64,000 nt of DNA from contig OY760074.1 in NCBI GenBank assembly GCA_963663035.1, positions 1,536,001 through 1,600,000 on the forward strand. Reading direction: 5' to 3'. Position 1 is the first letter of the stretch, and the number at the start of each line of letters is the position of its first letter. Position numbers and translations under genes: made by a program. Below the pieces are notes generated by a model, which was not told the origin of the DNA, ran no database searches, and worked only from the letters and a program-made list of their open reading frames with translations. Source of the DNA: Acidobacteriota bacterium. Lineage in GTDB: Bacteria; Acidobacteriota; UBA6911; RPQK01; JADFOI01. This document shows positions 1-10,582 of the stretch, piece by piece.

Positions 1-977
1 ACGGTCATGCCCGGGATTTTGAACCAATCGTCTCCAACACCCGTCAGGTTTCCGACCCGCTTCAGGTAGGCTTCCGCCTGAGGGTTCAGCATAGCGAATT
101 CGATAATCGGCCGTACCCGGACCGTCAGCTCTCCCCTTCGTCGCAGTTCATTCAGAACCGAGACTCCCAGCCCCGTCGTCCGGCCGCCATTCATGGTGAC
201 CCCGTGGGTGTTCAGATTTCGGAGCCGCTCTCTCTGCTCCTCGAGCGTAGGATCCTCCCACCAGCGTTCGGGCCACCGTGAAAACTCATGGTCCAATACC
301 CCGTTCGCCTGGCCGCGGATGTGGCCATTCGCTTCGCCACTTTCAGCATCCTTATAGGCTCCCTCCAGCTCTACCAACCTCTCTTTGACCTGTTCCCAGG
401 CAGCCGTGTTGAGCAAGCTCGTACAACACGCCGTCGCGATCCAGATCGGGTTGTTCGGCGACACCTTGTCAAAATCCCAGCGGTCCATCTGATTGATCAA
501 GACGTCGTTGCGAACACCCCCGAATCGGACCCACTCCCCGGGTTGAGCCTTTGCCACCCCCGCCTGAACTTCTTCCAGGCAGCTATCTACGCTTTCACAG
601 GTCAGGCTGCCGCCGCTGACCAGGCCGGCGCCACGGGGACTCACAAAATGACCATGGCCATGGGTATCGATGAATCCAGGAACCACAGTGCGACCCTGAA
701 GATCGATCACTTGGGTGGCAGGCCCCCTCAAGTTGAGAACCTCCTGATTCGTTCCCACTTTCAGAAAACGGCTGTCGCGAATGGCCACTGCCTGACGGCT
801 GGAAAAGGCATCATCGACAGTTAGAATTTTGCCGTTGTGAAGAATCAGCTCCGGATAGCTTACCAACTCCGCCGGGATAGACTGAGCAGTCGCGCCGGCT
901 GGCGCCAGGAGAACGATCGATGACACTATAATCGACCAGAGAAACACCTGCTGGGCTCTTCCGAATAACACTCTCAT
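1..977 (-). CDS. Amidohydrolase family protein (YtcJ-like), 3' end beyond the window
   Basis: Manual translation from ATG at 977 (GGGAG RBS upstream): signal peptide, then LILHNGKILTVD...AVAIRD...VIDLQGRTVVPGFIDTHGH, the amidohydrolase N-terminus with the HxH metal motif. Missing from the ORF track because it runs off the edge. Confidence 0.85.
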   Translation of the reverse strand, partial: MRVLFGRAQQVFLWSIIVSSIVLLAPAGATAQSIPAELVSYPELILHNGKILTVDDAFSSRQAVAIRDSRFLKVGTNQEVLNLRGPATQVIDLQGRTVVPGFIDTHGHGHFVSPRGAGLVSGGSLTCESVDSCLEEVQAGVAKAQPGEWVRFGGVRNDVLINQMDRWDFDKVSPNNPIWIATACCTSLLNTAAWEQVKERLVELEGAYKDAESGEANGHIRGQANGVLDHEFSRWPERWWEDPTLEEQRERLRNLNTHGVTMNGGRTTGLGVSVLNELRRRGELTVRVRPIIEFAMLNPQAEAYLKRVGNLTGVGDDWFKIPGMT

Positions 978-1146
978 TGGAAATCTCCCTTCTGTTTCGA
1001 GACGGGCATCACAACTCCGCTACCTCGCGGTAGGTAAGTATAGGAAACCTGCATTTGTCAACCAGCCAGAAAGAACTGTCTTTTAAGGCCTTGTCAGGCG
1101 CAATATCTCAAAGAATCTCGCCACAGTCAATCAGAAGGTCTGATTG

Positions 1147-2217
1147 CTAGCGGCCGGCGCCAAAGTTGAAGCGCACACCCGTGGTAATCAAAACATCATT
1201 TTTTTTCACGCCGGGCGTCGGATTACTCAAAAAGCGATCGCTCAAGGTGAGGTGCCAGGCCAGCCAATTGAGAACCTCACTTGTCAGAGAGTTGTCAAAC
1301 TGAAGACGGTATTCTCCAGGGCCGCTGAGGTTTGGATAAAAGACCAGCCGTTCTGATAGAGCGGTCGTCTCAGCAAGTTGGTACCTCAGGTCCTGTCCGA
1401 GCACGATCTCCCCGGATCTTCTCGTCACATCATTTTCGAAGAACTCCTGATTGAAAGAACCTCCCGAGAAGACATCGAGAACTGTGCGCTCAGTATTCTG
1501 AACGTGCCAGCCGAGACCTCCGCCCAAGACGCTTCGAAGATCGAGATTCTGGAACTCATCGAATTCCAAATCAATGAAGCCAAAGGTAAACAGACGGTCG
1601 CTCAAGGTAACGTCATAGCGAGTACCACCCCGGATCGCATTTGCCGTGGTTTCGGAAATACCCGACGTACTGGTCTGTGCGAAAAGGCTCGTGGCGTAGA
1701 CGCTAATTTTGTCTCGCGGTGTGGTCCTTTGAGTCCCCATGGAAGTCGAAAGCGCACTTGTATCCGCGTTACCTCCACTGAAGCTGAAGCCTCCATCGAT
1801 GTGCCCACTCCAGAAATCGAGTAGACCCGGATTGCGTAGGCGCTCGATCTCAGCTTCGAAAGCATCTTGTTCAGCTTGTGACCGCAGGGTTTCAATCACC
1901 GCCTTTTCGACGGGCACAGTTTCGGCTTGTGAAATCCGGACCTGTAAACTACTTCCCCTGGTCGAGACCGTTCCAACGAGCACTTGTCCATTCGCGGCAG
2001 CCACGAAGAGCTCCTGGTCGGATATGATTTCCCCGATGGCATCCCACTGAATCGTCACCTCACCGAGAAACTCGGTCGTCATGGTCATGGTGTGACGATC
2101 GGATTTGACGATGTTGCCCGATAGCCTGTCCCCGTTCTCCAAAGTGACCTGATCCGCCTTTGCATGGATGCAAAACAGGAATGCACAGGCTGTCATCGTG
2201 ATGAAGTGTTTTTGCAT
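1147..2217 (-). CDS. DUF481/YdiY-like outer-membrane beta-barrel protein
   Basis: Signal peptide, 'DQVTLENGDRLSG' N-terminal motif, amphipathic beta strands, aromatic residue near the C-terminus. Confidence 0.8.
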   Translation of the reverse strand: MQKHFITMTACAFLFCIHAKADQVTLENGDRLSGNIVKSDRHTMTMTTEFLGEVTIQWDAIGEIISDQELFVAAANGQVLVGTVSTRGSSLQVRISQAETVPVEKAVIETLRSQAEQDAFEAEIERLRNPGLLDFWSGHIDGGFSFSGGNADTSALSTSMGTQRTTPRDKISVYATSLFAQTSTSGISETTANAIRGGTRYDVTLSDRLFTFGFIDLEFDEFQNLDLRSVLGGGLGWHVQNTERTVLDVFSGGSFNQEFFENDVTRRSGEIVLGQDLRYQLAETTALSERLVFYPNLSGPGEYRLQFDNSLTSEVLNWLAWHLTLSDRFLSNPTPGVKKNDVLITTGVRFNFGAGR

Positions 2218-2416
2218 GTCTGGCTACTCCTTTTCGGATCCTATGCTAACTTTGAATATCCAGTTGAGTCCATTTTGGCGACTATTTGGACACCAGTTTT
2301 AGAACACTTCACTCAGGTTTTCAAAAGGATGCCGGTCTTTGTGAATCTAAAGTAGCTGTTTAAACAAGACTCGCACTTGCGAGCTCCGGCATGGTAGATT
2401 GTGCCGGGGCCGACAA

Positions 2417-3076
2417 ATGTTCATAGGTCACTTTGCGATTGGTTTTGGTGCAAAGAGGGCAGCTTCATCCGTGTCTCTCGGCACTCTCTTCCTGGCTTGC
2501 CAACTGCTGGACCTTGTGTGGCCCCTCTTGGTGCTACTGGGCATCGAAGTCGTCGAAGTAGCGCCAGGCATCACCGCAGTGACCCCTCTGGACTTCACCT
2601 TCTACCCCTACTCGCACAGTCTCGTCGCCTCAGTGCTCTGGGCCTCTCTGTTCGCAGCGGCATACTGGCTGGTGAGTCGTCCAACGCTCCGAGCTCCAGC
2701 CACCCTGGCTGCCGTCGTATTCAGCCATTGGCTGCTTGACGTCGTGAGCCACCGGCCCGACATGCCCATTACACTGAGCGGTGAGTCGAAGGTCGGTCTC
2801 GGTCTGTGGCACTCTGTACCGGCGACGCTGATCGTCGAGGGTGCTCTCTTCCTCGCGGGTGTCTATTTGTACGTGAGATCCACTCAAGCGCGAAATCGCA
2901 CCGGTAGCTACGCGTTCTGGGCCCTGCTTGCATTCCTCCTTATTGTCTACGCCGCCAATTTTTTCAGCGCACCTCCACCCAGCGGCGAAGCCGTGGCAGG
3001 TGCCGCACTGGCAATGTGGCTGCTTGTCGCTTGGGGTTACTGGGTCGATAGCAACAGACAACCTGTAGCCGATTGA
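2417..3076 (+). CDS. Membrane-bound metal-dependent hydrolase (YdjM-like)
   Basis: MFIGH start; LLD, YSHSL and SHWLLD..SH motifs; several TM helices. Confidence 0.75.
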   Translation: MFIGHFAIGFGAKRAASSVSLGTLFLACQLLDLVWPLLVLLGIEVVEVAPGITAVTPLDFTFYPYSHSLVASVLWASLFAAAYWLVSRPTLRAPATLAAVVFSHWLLDVVSHRPDMPITLSGESKVGLGLWHSVPATLIVEGALFLAGVYLYVRSTQARNRTGSYAFWALLAFLLIVYAANFFSAPPPSGEAVAGAALAMWLLVAWGYWVDSNRQPVAD

Positions 3077-3206
3077 CACACGAGACCGCTGACTTTACGG
3101 ATCAGCCTAAGCCTCAGCTGCATAAAGCTAGTTGCTTCATCTACATGCTCGTCTCCCTGCTCGAAGACCCACGTTTCGGCGTTTGGCAGATAGACCTTAG
3201 GTTAGC

Positions 3207-3282
3207 TGGTAGCCCCAACGGGATTTGAACCCGTGTTACCGCCTTGAGAGGGCGGCGTCCTAGGCCACTAGACGATGGGGCC
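3207..3282 (-). tRNA. tRNA-Glu (CTC)
   Basis: Reverse complement GGCCCCATCGTCTAGTGGCCTAGGACGCCGCCCTCTCAAGGCGGTAACACGGGTTCAAATCCCGTTGGGGCTACCA folds as a cloverleaf with CTC anticodon and encoded CCA. Confidence 0.97.
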
Positions 3283-3350
3283 ATCTTCAGTGAAGGATCT
3301 GTACTTCTAGCAAGAGAGCTCCCTTTTTGTCAATTAGCCAACCGCCCGCA

Positions 3351-3596
3351 TCAGCGGCGGTGGGAGGTGATCTCCTCTAACAGGAAACGCTCGAGTTGGG
3401 CTGAATCAGCCAGGAACTCCTGGAGCTGAGGATAGGGGATGCGGAACTGAACCGGATCGATCCGATGATGCTCGAGTAAGACCCACAGGTGATCTGTTTC
3501 CTCTCTCAGCTCCACCTGAACATCCGAACCGAGATGAAAGAGGCAGAACAGATCAAGCTTCTCTTGAAATTCTGCCTTGAGCTGCTCTTTTCCCAA
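3351..3596 (-). CDS. Small hypothetical protein
   Basis: Protein-like composition (GKEQLKAEFQEKLDLF...), fills the gap downstream of the CMD gene; TTG start is uncertain. Confidence 0.5.
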   Translation of the reverse strand: MGKEQLKAEFQEKLDLFCLFHLGSDVQVELREETDHLWVLLEHHRIDPVQFRIPYPQLQEFLADSAQLERFLLEEITSHRR

Positions 3597-3618
3597 GATT
3601 GATTTGAGTGGTTGAGGG

Positions 3619-3984
3619 CTACTCGAAGTGCTCGATTTTGAGCTGTTCCGCCACAATGTCGGTTTGATCGACCACTGAGGCGGCAGCCACCCCCATGGCA
3701 ATGCTGATCGCTTCACTGATCTCTTCTTTGGTGGCTCCGTACTGAATAGCTTTCTCCAGGTGCCCTTTCAGGCATCCCGAGCAGTTAGAACCCAGGGAGG
3801 CTGCGATGGCGATCAGTTCCTTCGTTTTTCGGTCAATGTTTGAGTGCCTATAAGTCTCCTTGTAGAATTTGAAGTAGATCCTCCTCATACGGGCTTCCAC
3901 CATCGTATAGGAAGGCCACTTCTCCTCTTGGGCGTCCGGACTTTCTTCCGGATCTTCTTCGACTGGTGTTGACCGTTCTGCCAT
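3619..3984 (-). CDS. Carboxymuconolactone decarboxylase / AhpD-like protein
   Basis: IDRKTKELIAIAAS..CSGC..GH...A...GAT.EEI.EA motif with CxxC. Confidence 0.85.
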   Translation of the reverse strand: MAERSTPVEEDPEESPDAQEEKWPSYTMVEARMRRIYFKFYKETYRHSNIDRKTKELIAIAASLGSNCSGCLKGHLEKAIQYGATKEEISEAISIAMGVAAASVVDQTDIVAEQLKIEHFE

Positions 3985-4063
3985 GAGTTCAGAAAGATTA
4001 GCATTACTTGATCTTGCTGTCCAGACGGAGTTTGCGATCGTGCCCTTGTGGTATCTTGATCCT

Positions 4064-6328
4064 ATGCGACTGGCTCTCGGCTGCTTCATCTTCACCTGCT
4101 GCCTGCTGGAGGCTTTCCCTCTTCCCCAGGAACGAGCCAGAGCAGAGTTTGATTACGAAGATGGAGAGCTGACTATTGAAGCGGATCGTCTTTCCAGAGA
4201 ATCCGCCACCCGTTGGGTCGCTGAAGGGAATGTCATCATTACCTATAAGGATTCTGTCATACGAGCACCTCGTATCCTTTATGATCCGGTGACCGGGGAA
4301 GTGATTGCCGAAGACAGTATTGAGTTAACCCAAGGTCTGCAGTGGTTAAAAGGGACCCGAGCTGAACTCAATCTCAGAACGAATACAGGAACGATTTTTG
4401 ATGCTGAGGGCTTTACCGACAAGACCCTCTATGTGAAGGCAAAGAGGCTGATTAAAACGGGGCCTGAGAGCTACACCGCTCAAAGCGGAATTTTGACTGC
4501 CTGCGAGGAAGCCATCCCCAAATGGAGCTTCGCTATCCGGGAGGCTCACATTCAACAAGGAGGCAACGCTCGCTTGAACCATACCGTTTTTAAAGTCATG
4601 AACGTTCCCCTTCTCTATCTCCCGGTATGGTGGATACCCACGGGCGACAAAGAACGCTCCAGCGGTTTCATGCTCCCCACCACCGGAAATTCGGACAACA
4701 AAGGGAGACGAGTCAGTCAGTCCTATTACCTGGTGCTGGGTCGCAGTGCTGACCTGATGCTTCATGAGGATTACTTCTCCAAGCGAGGTTTTGGCCACGG
4801 CGTGACCTTCCGAACCCGTCCCAATCCGGTGACCTCACTGACACTGGATTGGTATTGGGTAAAGGACCGTTTGGATCAGGGAGGAACCATGGTCAACGGC
4901 ATCGGAGAAACGCAGCTCCCCCACGGATTTCGCGCAGTGACCAAATTCAACTTTATTTCCAGCTTCCTGTTCCGCCAAATCTTTTCCGACAACTTCGCTA
5001 CTGCCACCCTCTCCAGTGAGACCTCGAAAGCTTTCGTGACCAAGAACACCCAGTCTCAGTCCTTCAATTTCCTGTTTGCTCGTGAGGAAACGAATTTTTC
5101 AGGTCCCAACGTGGTCATCCGCAACACGCCCACCTTGAATTTCAAACTCCTCGGTCACAAACTCCCCAACCTCTCCTTGTATCTGGACCTGGATAGTTCG
5201 GCCGAGGGACGAAGCCGAAGCCGACTCCTGCAAACTCCGGTGGGGGCTCCCAGTGGTGGCTTTTTCGAAACTCCGGGAATCACGCAGCGACTGGACTTTT
5301 TCCCTCGAGTCTATTTTTCAGTCCCTCTCTTTCAAGGCCTGCGGGCCACCCCGGGCCTGGGGTTTCGAGACACGTTGTATAGCGGCAGTCTGAGTCCGTC
5401 GGCAGATCCCGATCAAGATCCTCTCAGCGAAGTGAACATCAACCGCCGCTATCTCGAATTGACGGTGAATCTTGAAGGATGGGGTCTTTCCAAGGTCGCC
5501 AGCAGTTCGTCGGGAGGAGGCTGGAAACATCTGATTGAACCGTCACTACGATATCGCTCTATCATAGGAGTCAAGGACTTCGATCGAATCATTCGCTTTG
5601 ACCAGCACGATGCCATTGCCAACACCAACGAGATCGAGTATGGGCTCTTGAATCGCTTTTTTGTCAAGGGAAGCGACGGACTGGCTCACGAATGGCTCTC
5701 CCTCAAGATCGCACAGAAGTATTTCTTTGACTCGGACTTTGACGGGGCCTTGCAGCCCGATGCCATCAACCAGTTTTTCCCTCTCAACACTCTTACAGGT
5801 TTCCCTTACGCACTGACTCAACGAAACTACTCGCCCGTCACGGCCCTGCTCCGCTTCACTCCGAGGTCGCGATATAACTTCGACGTGAGAGGTGACTATG
5901 ATCCAAAGTTCACCAGCTTCCGAAACTTTTCGGTGACAGGCTCTCTCACAGGCCCGGCCGGACTCTCCCTGGCGACCACCTATTATGTCAAGAAAGAAAC
6001 GCCTGATGAGACACTCATTCTGGAGCAGCTCCAGCTGCCCCCTGGGAGCGCCAGAAGCAACACATGGCAGGGTCAAATGAGCCTTGGGAATCTCCAGCGC
6101 GGCTTTTCCGGTGGCGCCACCCTCAGGTATGATTTCAAGGCAAAGCGCTTTTTGTCCAATGAACCTCATGTCAATTACTTTTGGGACTGTTGTGGTGTGA
6201 CCGTGGCCTTTCGGGGATTCAACATCGGCGTGCGAGAGGAGAAGCAGATTCTCTTCTCCCTGTTTTTCAAAGGGATTGGTGACTTTGGGACCCTCAGACG
6301 ACTGGAGAGTCTGTTTTACCCGAATTGA
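4064..6328 (+). CDS. lptD: LPS-assembly protein LptD
   Basis: Signal peptide, OstA-like N-domain (AEGNV, TACEE..PKW), ERSSGF.LP, large beta-barrel, YFWDCCG near the C-terminus. Confidence 0.9.
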   Translation: MRLALGCFIFTCCLLEAFPLPQERARAEFDYEDGELTIEADRLSRESATRWVAEGNVIITYKDSVIRAPRILYDPVTGEVIAEDSIELTQGLQWLKGTRAELNLRTNTGTIFDAEGFTDKTLYVKAKRLIKTGPESYTAQSGILTACEEAIPKWSFAIREAHIQQGGNARLNHTVFKVMNVPLLYLPVWWIPTGDKERSSGFMLPTTGNSDNKGRRVSQSYYLVLGRSADLMLHEDYFSKRGFGHGVTFRTRPNPVTSLTLDWYWVKDRLDQGGTMVNGIGETQLPHGFRAVTKFNFISSFLFRQIFSDNFATATLSSETSKAFVTKNTQSQSFNFLFAREETNFSGPNVVIRNTPTLNFKLLGHKLPNLSLYLDLDSSAEGRSRSRLLQTPVGAPSGGFFETPGITQRLDFFPRVYFSVPLFQGLRATPGLGFRDTLYSGSLSPSADPDQDPLSEVNINRRYLELTVNLEGWGLSKVASSSSGGGWKHLIEPSLRYRSIIGVKDFDRIIRFDQHDAIANTNEIEYGLLNRFFVKGSDGLAHEWLSLKIAQKYFFDSDFDGALQPDAINQFFPLNTLTGFPYALTQRNYSPVTALLRFTPRSRYNFDVRGDYDPKFTSFRNFSVTGSLTGPAGLSLATTYYVKKETPDETLILEQLQLPPGSARSNTWQGQMSLGNLQRGFSGGATLRYDFKAKRFLSNEPHVNYFWDCCGVTVAFRGFNIGVREEKQILFSLFFKGIGDFGTLRRLESLFYPN

Positions 6329-6349
6329 GGGATTAGGGATTTAATAAAA

Positions 6350-6859
6350 ATGAAAGTTTCCTCCATTTACCTCTCACTCGGTTCCAATCTGGGAGATCGC
6401 AAGACCCATCTCAAGAGCGCTCTCGGAAAACTGCGTGAAAAGGAAATCCTGCTCCTTGACGAATCCTCTATCTACGAAACCGAGCCAGTCGAGGTACCGG
6501 AACAACCCGAGTTTTTGAATCTTGTCTGCCGGGTACAGACCGAACTGAAGCCTGAAGCTCTGTTGAGAGCGTGTCAGGAAATTGAATCGGAATTGGGCCG
6601 CGTTCGGCAGGAGAGCAAAGGAGCTCGCAACATTGATATTGACATTCTCTTCTATGGGCAGCAGATTCTGCAGAGGCCCTCGTTAAAGATCCCACATCCC
6701 GCTTGGTGCAAAAGAAATTTCGTTTTGATCCCCCTGGCAGAAATTGCTCCCAATTTCAGGGATCCAGTCACGGCCAAGACCGTAGCCCAGCTTCGACAGG
6801 AGTCGCCCGATGGGGCCAGGGTCACCCAGCAGAAAGACATACTGTCGCCACAGGAGTAG
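6350..6859 (+). CDS. folK: 2-amino-4-hydroxy-6-hydroxymethyldihydropteridine diphosphokinase
   Basis: YLSLGSNLGDR, SSIYETEP, FLN, RNIDIDIL, IPHP, RNFVLIPL. Confidence 0.95.
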   Translation: MKVSSIYLSLGSNLGDRKTHLKSALGKLREKEILLLDESSIYETEPVEVPEQPEFLNLVCRVQTELKPEALLRACQEIESELGRVRQESKGARNIDIDILFYGQQILQRPSLKIPHPAWCKRNFVLIPLAEIAPNFRDPVTAKTVAQLRQESPDGARVTQQKDILSPQE

Positions 6860-6868
6860 ACGTTCACC

Positions 6869-7591
6869 ATGTCAAGACAACGCAAGTCCCGAGGCCGGAA
6901 GAAAGAAAGACAGCAGGAGGAGCACCAGGGGGGCACCTTGCGAGAGTACTTCCTCACGATCGTAGTCTGCACCGTCATTGCCCTCTTTGTGACCACCTAC
7001 GTTGTGCACCCGATGAGCGTGCCAACTCCCTCGATGGAACCGACCATCCTGGTGGGCGACCGTCTCCTGATTGACAAATTCACCATACGCAACGGATATG
7101 AATCAGGACTGCCAGCGATACCCAGCTACACGGTGCAACGACAGGACATCGTCGTTTGCAAGGCTCTCCTTGAGCCGGAAATTTTTCTGGTGAAACGAGT
7201 CATCGGCATTCCGGGTGACAGACTGGAGATTCGCGACAAAGCCGTTTACATCAACGGCGAAGCGCTGGATGAGCCCTATAAACAGCATTTGGACCCAAAT
7301 GTCATTACAGAGAACGGACAGCGGGACAACTTCAGCACGATCATCATTCCAGAGGACAGCTACTTCGTCATGGGTGATAATCGCGATGACAGCTACGACA
7401 GTCGTGCCTGGGGGGTTCTTCCCAAACGCTACATCGTGGGTCGGCCCCTGTTTATTTTCTGGTCCTACGAAGACCCACCCGACGCCCATCTGAGAACCTC
7501 TCTCACCGAGATCCTTGAGCTCTATGGTGAACGACTCCTTTTCTTTGTGACTCGCACTCGCTGGAGCCGCACGGGAAGACGTTTGCGTTAG
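6869..7591 (+). CDS. lepB: Signal peptidase I (copy 1)
   Basis: PSMEPT (catalytic Ser), VKRVIG (catalytic Lys), YFVMGDNRDDSYDSR. Confidence 0.93.
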   Translation: MSRQRKSRGRKKERQQEEHQGGTLREYFLTIVVCTVIALFVTTYVVHPMSVPTPSMEPTILVGDRLLIDKFTIRNGYESGLPAIPSYTVQRQDIVVCKALLEPEIFLVKRVIGIPGDRLEIRDKAVYINGEALDEPYKQHLDPNVITENGQRDNFSTIIIPEDSYFVMGDNRDDSYDSRAWGVLPKRYIVGRPLFIFWSYEDPPDAHLRTSLTEILELYGERLLFFVTRTRWSRTGRRLR

Positions 7592-7625
7592 TGTCTACAC
7601 TATAAATGGTAAGATCTATTGAACC

Positions 7626-8363
7626 ATGGAGACACCAGAGACACCAGAGCAAGCGGAACTGCAGCCTGAGGAAGAGAGCACTCTGCGTGAGTATTTTATA
7701 ACCATAGTGGTTTGTACAATCTTCGCTCTCTTCGTCACCACATACCTGGTGCATCCCATGACCGTGCCCACCCCCTCGATGGAACCCACTATTCTGGTCG
7801 GAGATCGTCTACTCATCGATAAATTCACCATCCGCAACGGTTTCAGGCTCGGACTCCCCTTCACCCCCCAACACACCGTTGAGCGAGGAGATGTGATCGT
7901 CTTCAAATTCCCAAGGGAACCCAGGGTCCTATACGTGAAACGGGCCATTGGTCTGCCAGGAGAGACCTTAGAGATTCGCGACAAGAATGTCTACATCGAC
8001 GGGAATCTTCTGCATGAGCCTTATAAAGTGCACACTGATCCCTACATCTATCCTGAAAGAGATCCCTACCACCAAGACTCTGGGGACTCTCAGCGCGATC
8101 ACTACGGTCCCAAGACGATTCCCGACGATCTGTACTTCGTCATGGGTGACAATCGAGACGACAGTGCCGACAGTCGCTATTTTGGGTTTCTTCCGCGCAC
8201 TCATATCCTGGGCACTCCCCTCCTTGTTTTCTGGTCCTACGAGGACGACGCGGATGCCTACTTGAGAACCTCCCTTCCCGAGATACTTCAGCTCTATGCT
8301 GAACGCATCCTCTTCTTTTTTAATCGCACCCGCTGGACCCGAATGGGTCATCTGGTCAGATAG
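7626..8363 (+). CDS. lepB: Signal peptidase I (copy 2)
   Basis: PSMEPT, YVKRAIG, YFVMGDNRDDSADSR. Confidence 0.93.
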   Translation: METPETPEQAELQPEEESTLREYFITIVVCTIFALFVTTYLVHPMTVPTPSMEPTILVGDRLLIDKFTIRNGFRLGLPFTPQHTVERGDVIVFKFPREPRVLYVKRAIGLPGETLEIRDKNVYIDGNLLHEPYKVHTDPYIYPERDPYHQDSGDSQRDHYGPKTIPDDLYFVMGDNRDDSADSRYFGFLPRTHILGTPLLVFWSYEDDADAYLRTSLPEILQLYAERILFFFNRTRWTRMGHLVR

Positions 8364-8540
8364 CCCGCATTATGCATAAATTTTCTGCTACAGTGTCGCA
8401 ATCATCCGCGCTGACGGCGTTGTGCTTCCTTACGCCCCTCGGCGTACTGCACGAATACGCCTGCGGGGCGCTTCGTCACACGCCTTGTCATCGCGGCGCT
8501 TGCGCCACCTCGCTACGAAAACCTAGGCATAATGCGGGCT
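8362..8540. mobile_element. MITE-like element, family A copy 1
   Basis: Terminal inverted repeats AGCCCGCATTATGC (8362-8375) and GCATAATGCGGGCT (8527-8540); non-coding; homologous to 12672-12884 in inverted orientation. Confidence 0.75.
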
Positions 8541-8544
8541 CTAG

Positions 8545-10365
8545 GTGACAGGAGTCTCCCCGGTGGATCAAGCGAACATCCGCAACTTCTGCATCATCGC
8601 CCACATTGATCACGGGAAGTCCACACTCGCGGACCGCCTCCTGGAAGCCACCGGCACAGTGGAAGCTCGTCAAATGCGTGCCCAAATCCTGGATCGCATG
8701 GATCTGGAGCGGGAGCGCGGCATTACCATCAAGATGTCTGCCGTTCGCATCTACCACCGCGCCAGTGACGGTGAAGTGTATGAACTCAACTTGATCGACA
8801 CACCTGGTCATGTCGATTTCACTTATGAAGTTTCCCGTAGTTTGACCGCTTGTGAAGGAGCTCTTTTAGTTGTAGATGCTGTCCAGGGTGTGGAGGCACA
8901 AACACTGGCCAATGTCGATTTAGCCCTCACCCACAAACTCACCATCATTCCAGTCATCAACAAGATTGATCTTCCCGCCGCCGATCCCGAGCGGGTAAAG
9001 GAGGAGATCGAAGAGGCGCTGTTGATCGAGGGTTCCGAGAGTCTGCTCGCCAGCGCCAAGGAGGGACTGGGTATCGAGGAGATCCTTCAGACCATTGTGA
9101 CGCGCATTCCTCCTCCCAGTGGAAGTCCGGAAGCGCCCCTGCGAGCACTGATCTTTGACAGCCACTTTGACCCTTATGTCGGCATCATCGCTCACGTGAG
9201 AGTTATGGATGGTGTCCTGAAGCCGGGAATGCAGATTCGAATGATGGCATCGGAGCACGAGGCAGAGGTCAGTGAGGTGGGGGTTTTTGCACCCGATATG
9301 TTCTCGACCAGTGCTCTCCACGCCGGGCAGGTGGGATTCGTGCACGCCGGAATCAAGGAGATCGGGGCCTGCCGGGTGGGCGATACCCTGACCGATGCCA
9401 ACCAGCCGGCCGATCAGGCTCTGCCCGGATACAAAAAGGTCAAACCCATGGTCTTCTACAGTCTCTATCCGGCCGACAGCGAACAGTTCCCGGATCTGAG
9501 AGAAGCCCTGCTGCGGCTGCAGCTCAACGACGGAGCCCTTTCCTTCGAGCCCGAAACTTCGGCCGCTCTGGGTTTTGGCTTTCGATGCGGTTTTCTGGGC
9601 TTGCTGCACAGTGAGATCGTTCACGAACGGTTGGAGCGGGAATTCGATCTGGCACTCATTGCCACTTCTCCTTCGGTGGTCTACCGCATCACCCTCACAG
9701 ATGGATCCACCCTCTCGGTTGACAATCCCGCCAAGTGGCCTCCCCGAGGACAAATCTCGACAATCAGGGAACCTTTCGTTGAGGCCACTATTGTGACACC
9801 CACCGAATACGTGGGTGCTTGTATGGAGCTGTGCACCGAAAGGCGCAGCGTCTTTCGCAGCATGGATCACAGCACAACCAAGCGCATGGTGCTCAAATAC
9901 GAGCTGCCACTGAGCGAAATCCTCTTTGACTTCTTCGATGCTCTGAAAAGTCGTAGTCGAGGCTACGCTTCTTTTGACTATGACTTCCTGGGTTATCGGG
10001 AGGGAAAGCTCGTCAAACTGGACATCGCCGTCAATGGGGACCCAGTGGACGCGCTGAGTTTCATCACCCATCGGGACAAGGCCTTTACGCGAGGCAAGGC
10101 TTTGGTGAAGCGGTTAAAGGAAGTTCTGCCCAGACACCTGTTCGAGATTCGACTTCAAGCCTGTCTCGGCTCCAAGGTCATTGCGGCAGAAAGGATTCCG
10201 CCTCTGCGGAAGAACGTGCTGGCCAAGTGCTACGGAGGCGACATCACTCGTAAACGCAAACTCCTGGAGAAACAGAAAAAAGGTAAGCACCGCATGAAAT
10301 CAGTGGGCCAGGTGGAAATCCCACAGGAAGCTTTTCTGAGCGTCCTGAGAGTGGGAGGAGATTAG
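8545..10365 (+). CDS. lepA: Elongation factor 4 (LepA)
   Basis: [61 protein letters not shown]. Confidence 0.98.
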   Translation: MTGVSPVDQANIRNFCIIAHIDHGKSTLADRLLEATGTVEARQMRAQILDRMDLERERGITIKMSAVRIYHRASDGEVYELNLIDTPGHVDFTYEVSRSLTACEGALLVVDAVQGVEAQTLANVDLALTHKLTIIPVINKIDLPAADPERVKEEIEEALLIEGSESLLASAKEGLGIEEILQTIVTRIPPPSGSPEAPLRALIFDSHFDPYVGIIAHVRVMDGVLKPGMQIRMMASEHEAEVSEVGVFAPDMFSTSALHAGQVGFVHAGIKEIGACRVGDTLTDANQPADQALPGYKKVKPMVFYSLYPADSEQFPDLREALLRLQLNDGALSFEPETSAALGFGFRCGFLGLLHSEIVHERLEREFDLALIATSPSVVYRITLTDGSTLSVDNPAKWPPRGQISTIREPFVEATIVTPTEYVGACMELCTERRSVFRSMDHSTTKRMVLKYELPLSEILFDFFDALKSRSRGYASFDYDFLGYREGKLVKLDIAVNGDPVDALSFITHRDKAFTRGKALVKRLKEVLPRHLFEIRLQACLGSKVIAAERIPPLRKNVLAKCYGGDITRKRKLLEKQKKGKHRMKSVGQVEIPQEAFLSVLRVGGD

Positions 10366-10366
10366 A

Positions 10367-10567
10367 AGCCCGCACTTCTCACACCCGCTCTACTGCATCG
10401 GCGCAATGATCCGACCTGACCGTGTTGCGCGACCCGCAAGCGGGTACCCCTCGCGCGCCAGTCGGAGCCGCAGGCTTTAGCCTGCGGGCCCGTGGGCTAA
10501 AGCCCACGGCTCTGTTTTCCGGCCCTTCCGCCGCTTCGCTACGATCTGGTGTGAGAAATGCGGGCTA
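10367..10567. mobile_element. MITE-like element, family B copy 1
   Basis: 19-bp TIRs AGCCCGCACTTCTCACACC / GGTGTGAGAAATGCGGGCT (1 mismatch); closely similar to 19949-20188; internal REP-like hairpins. Confidence 0.78.
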
Positions 10568-10582
10568 GTGGCGGGCTAGTGG

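Noticed and set aside
288-824. 178-aa plus-strand ORF
   Set aside because: Antisense shadow of the minus-strand amidohydrolase gene (1-977), which has clear motifs
1-3206. Possible genomic island integrated at the tRNA-Glu 3' end
   Set aside because: No integrase and no duplicated tRNA 3' fragment visible in the window
8920-10071. Long antisense ORFs (also 41124-41981, 51773-52888, 63291-63986)
   Set aside because: They lie opposite well-conserved genes, have no motifs and are expected from codon bias
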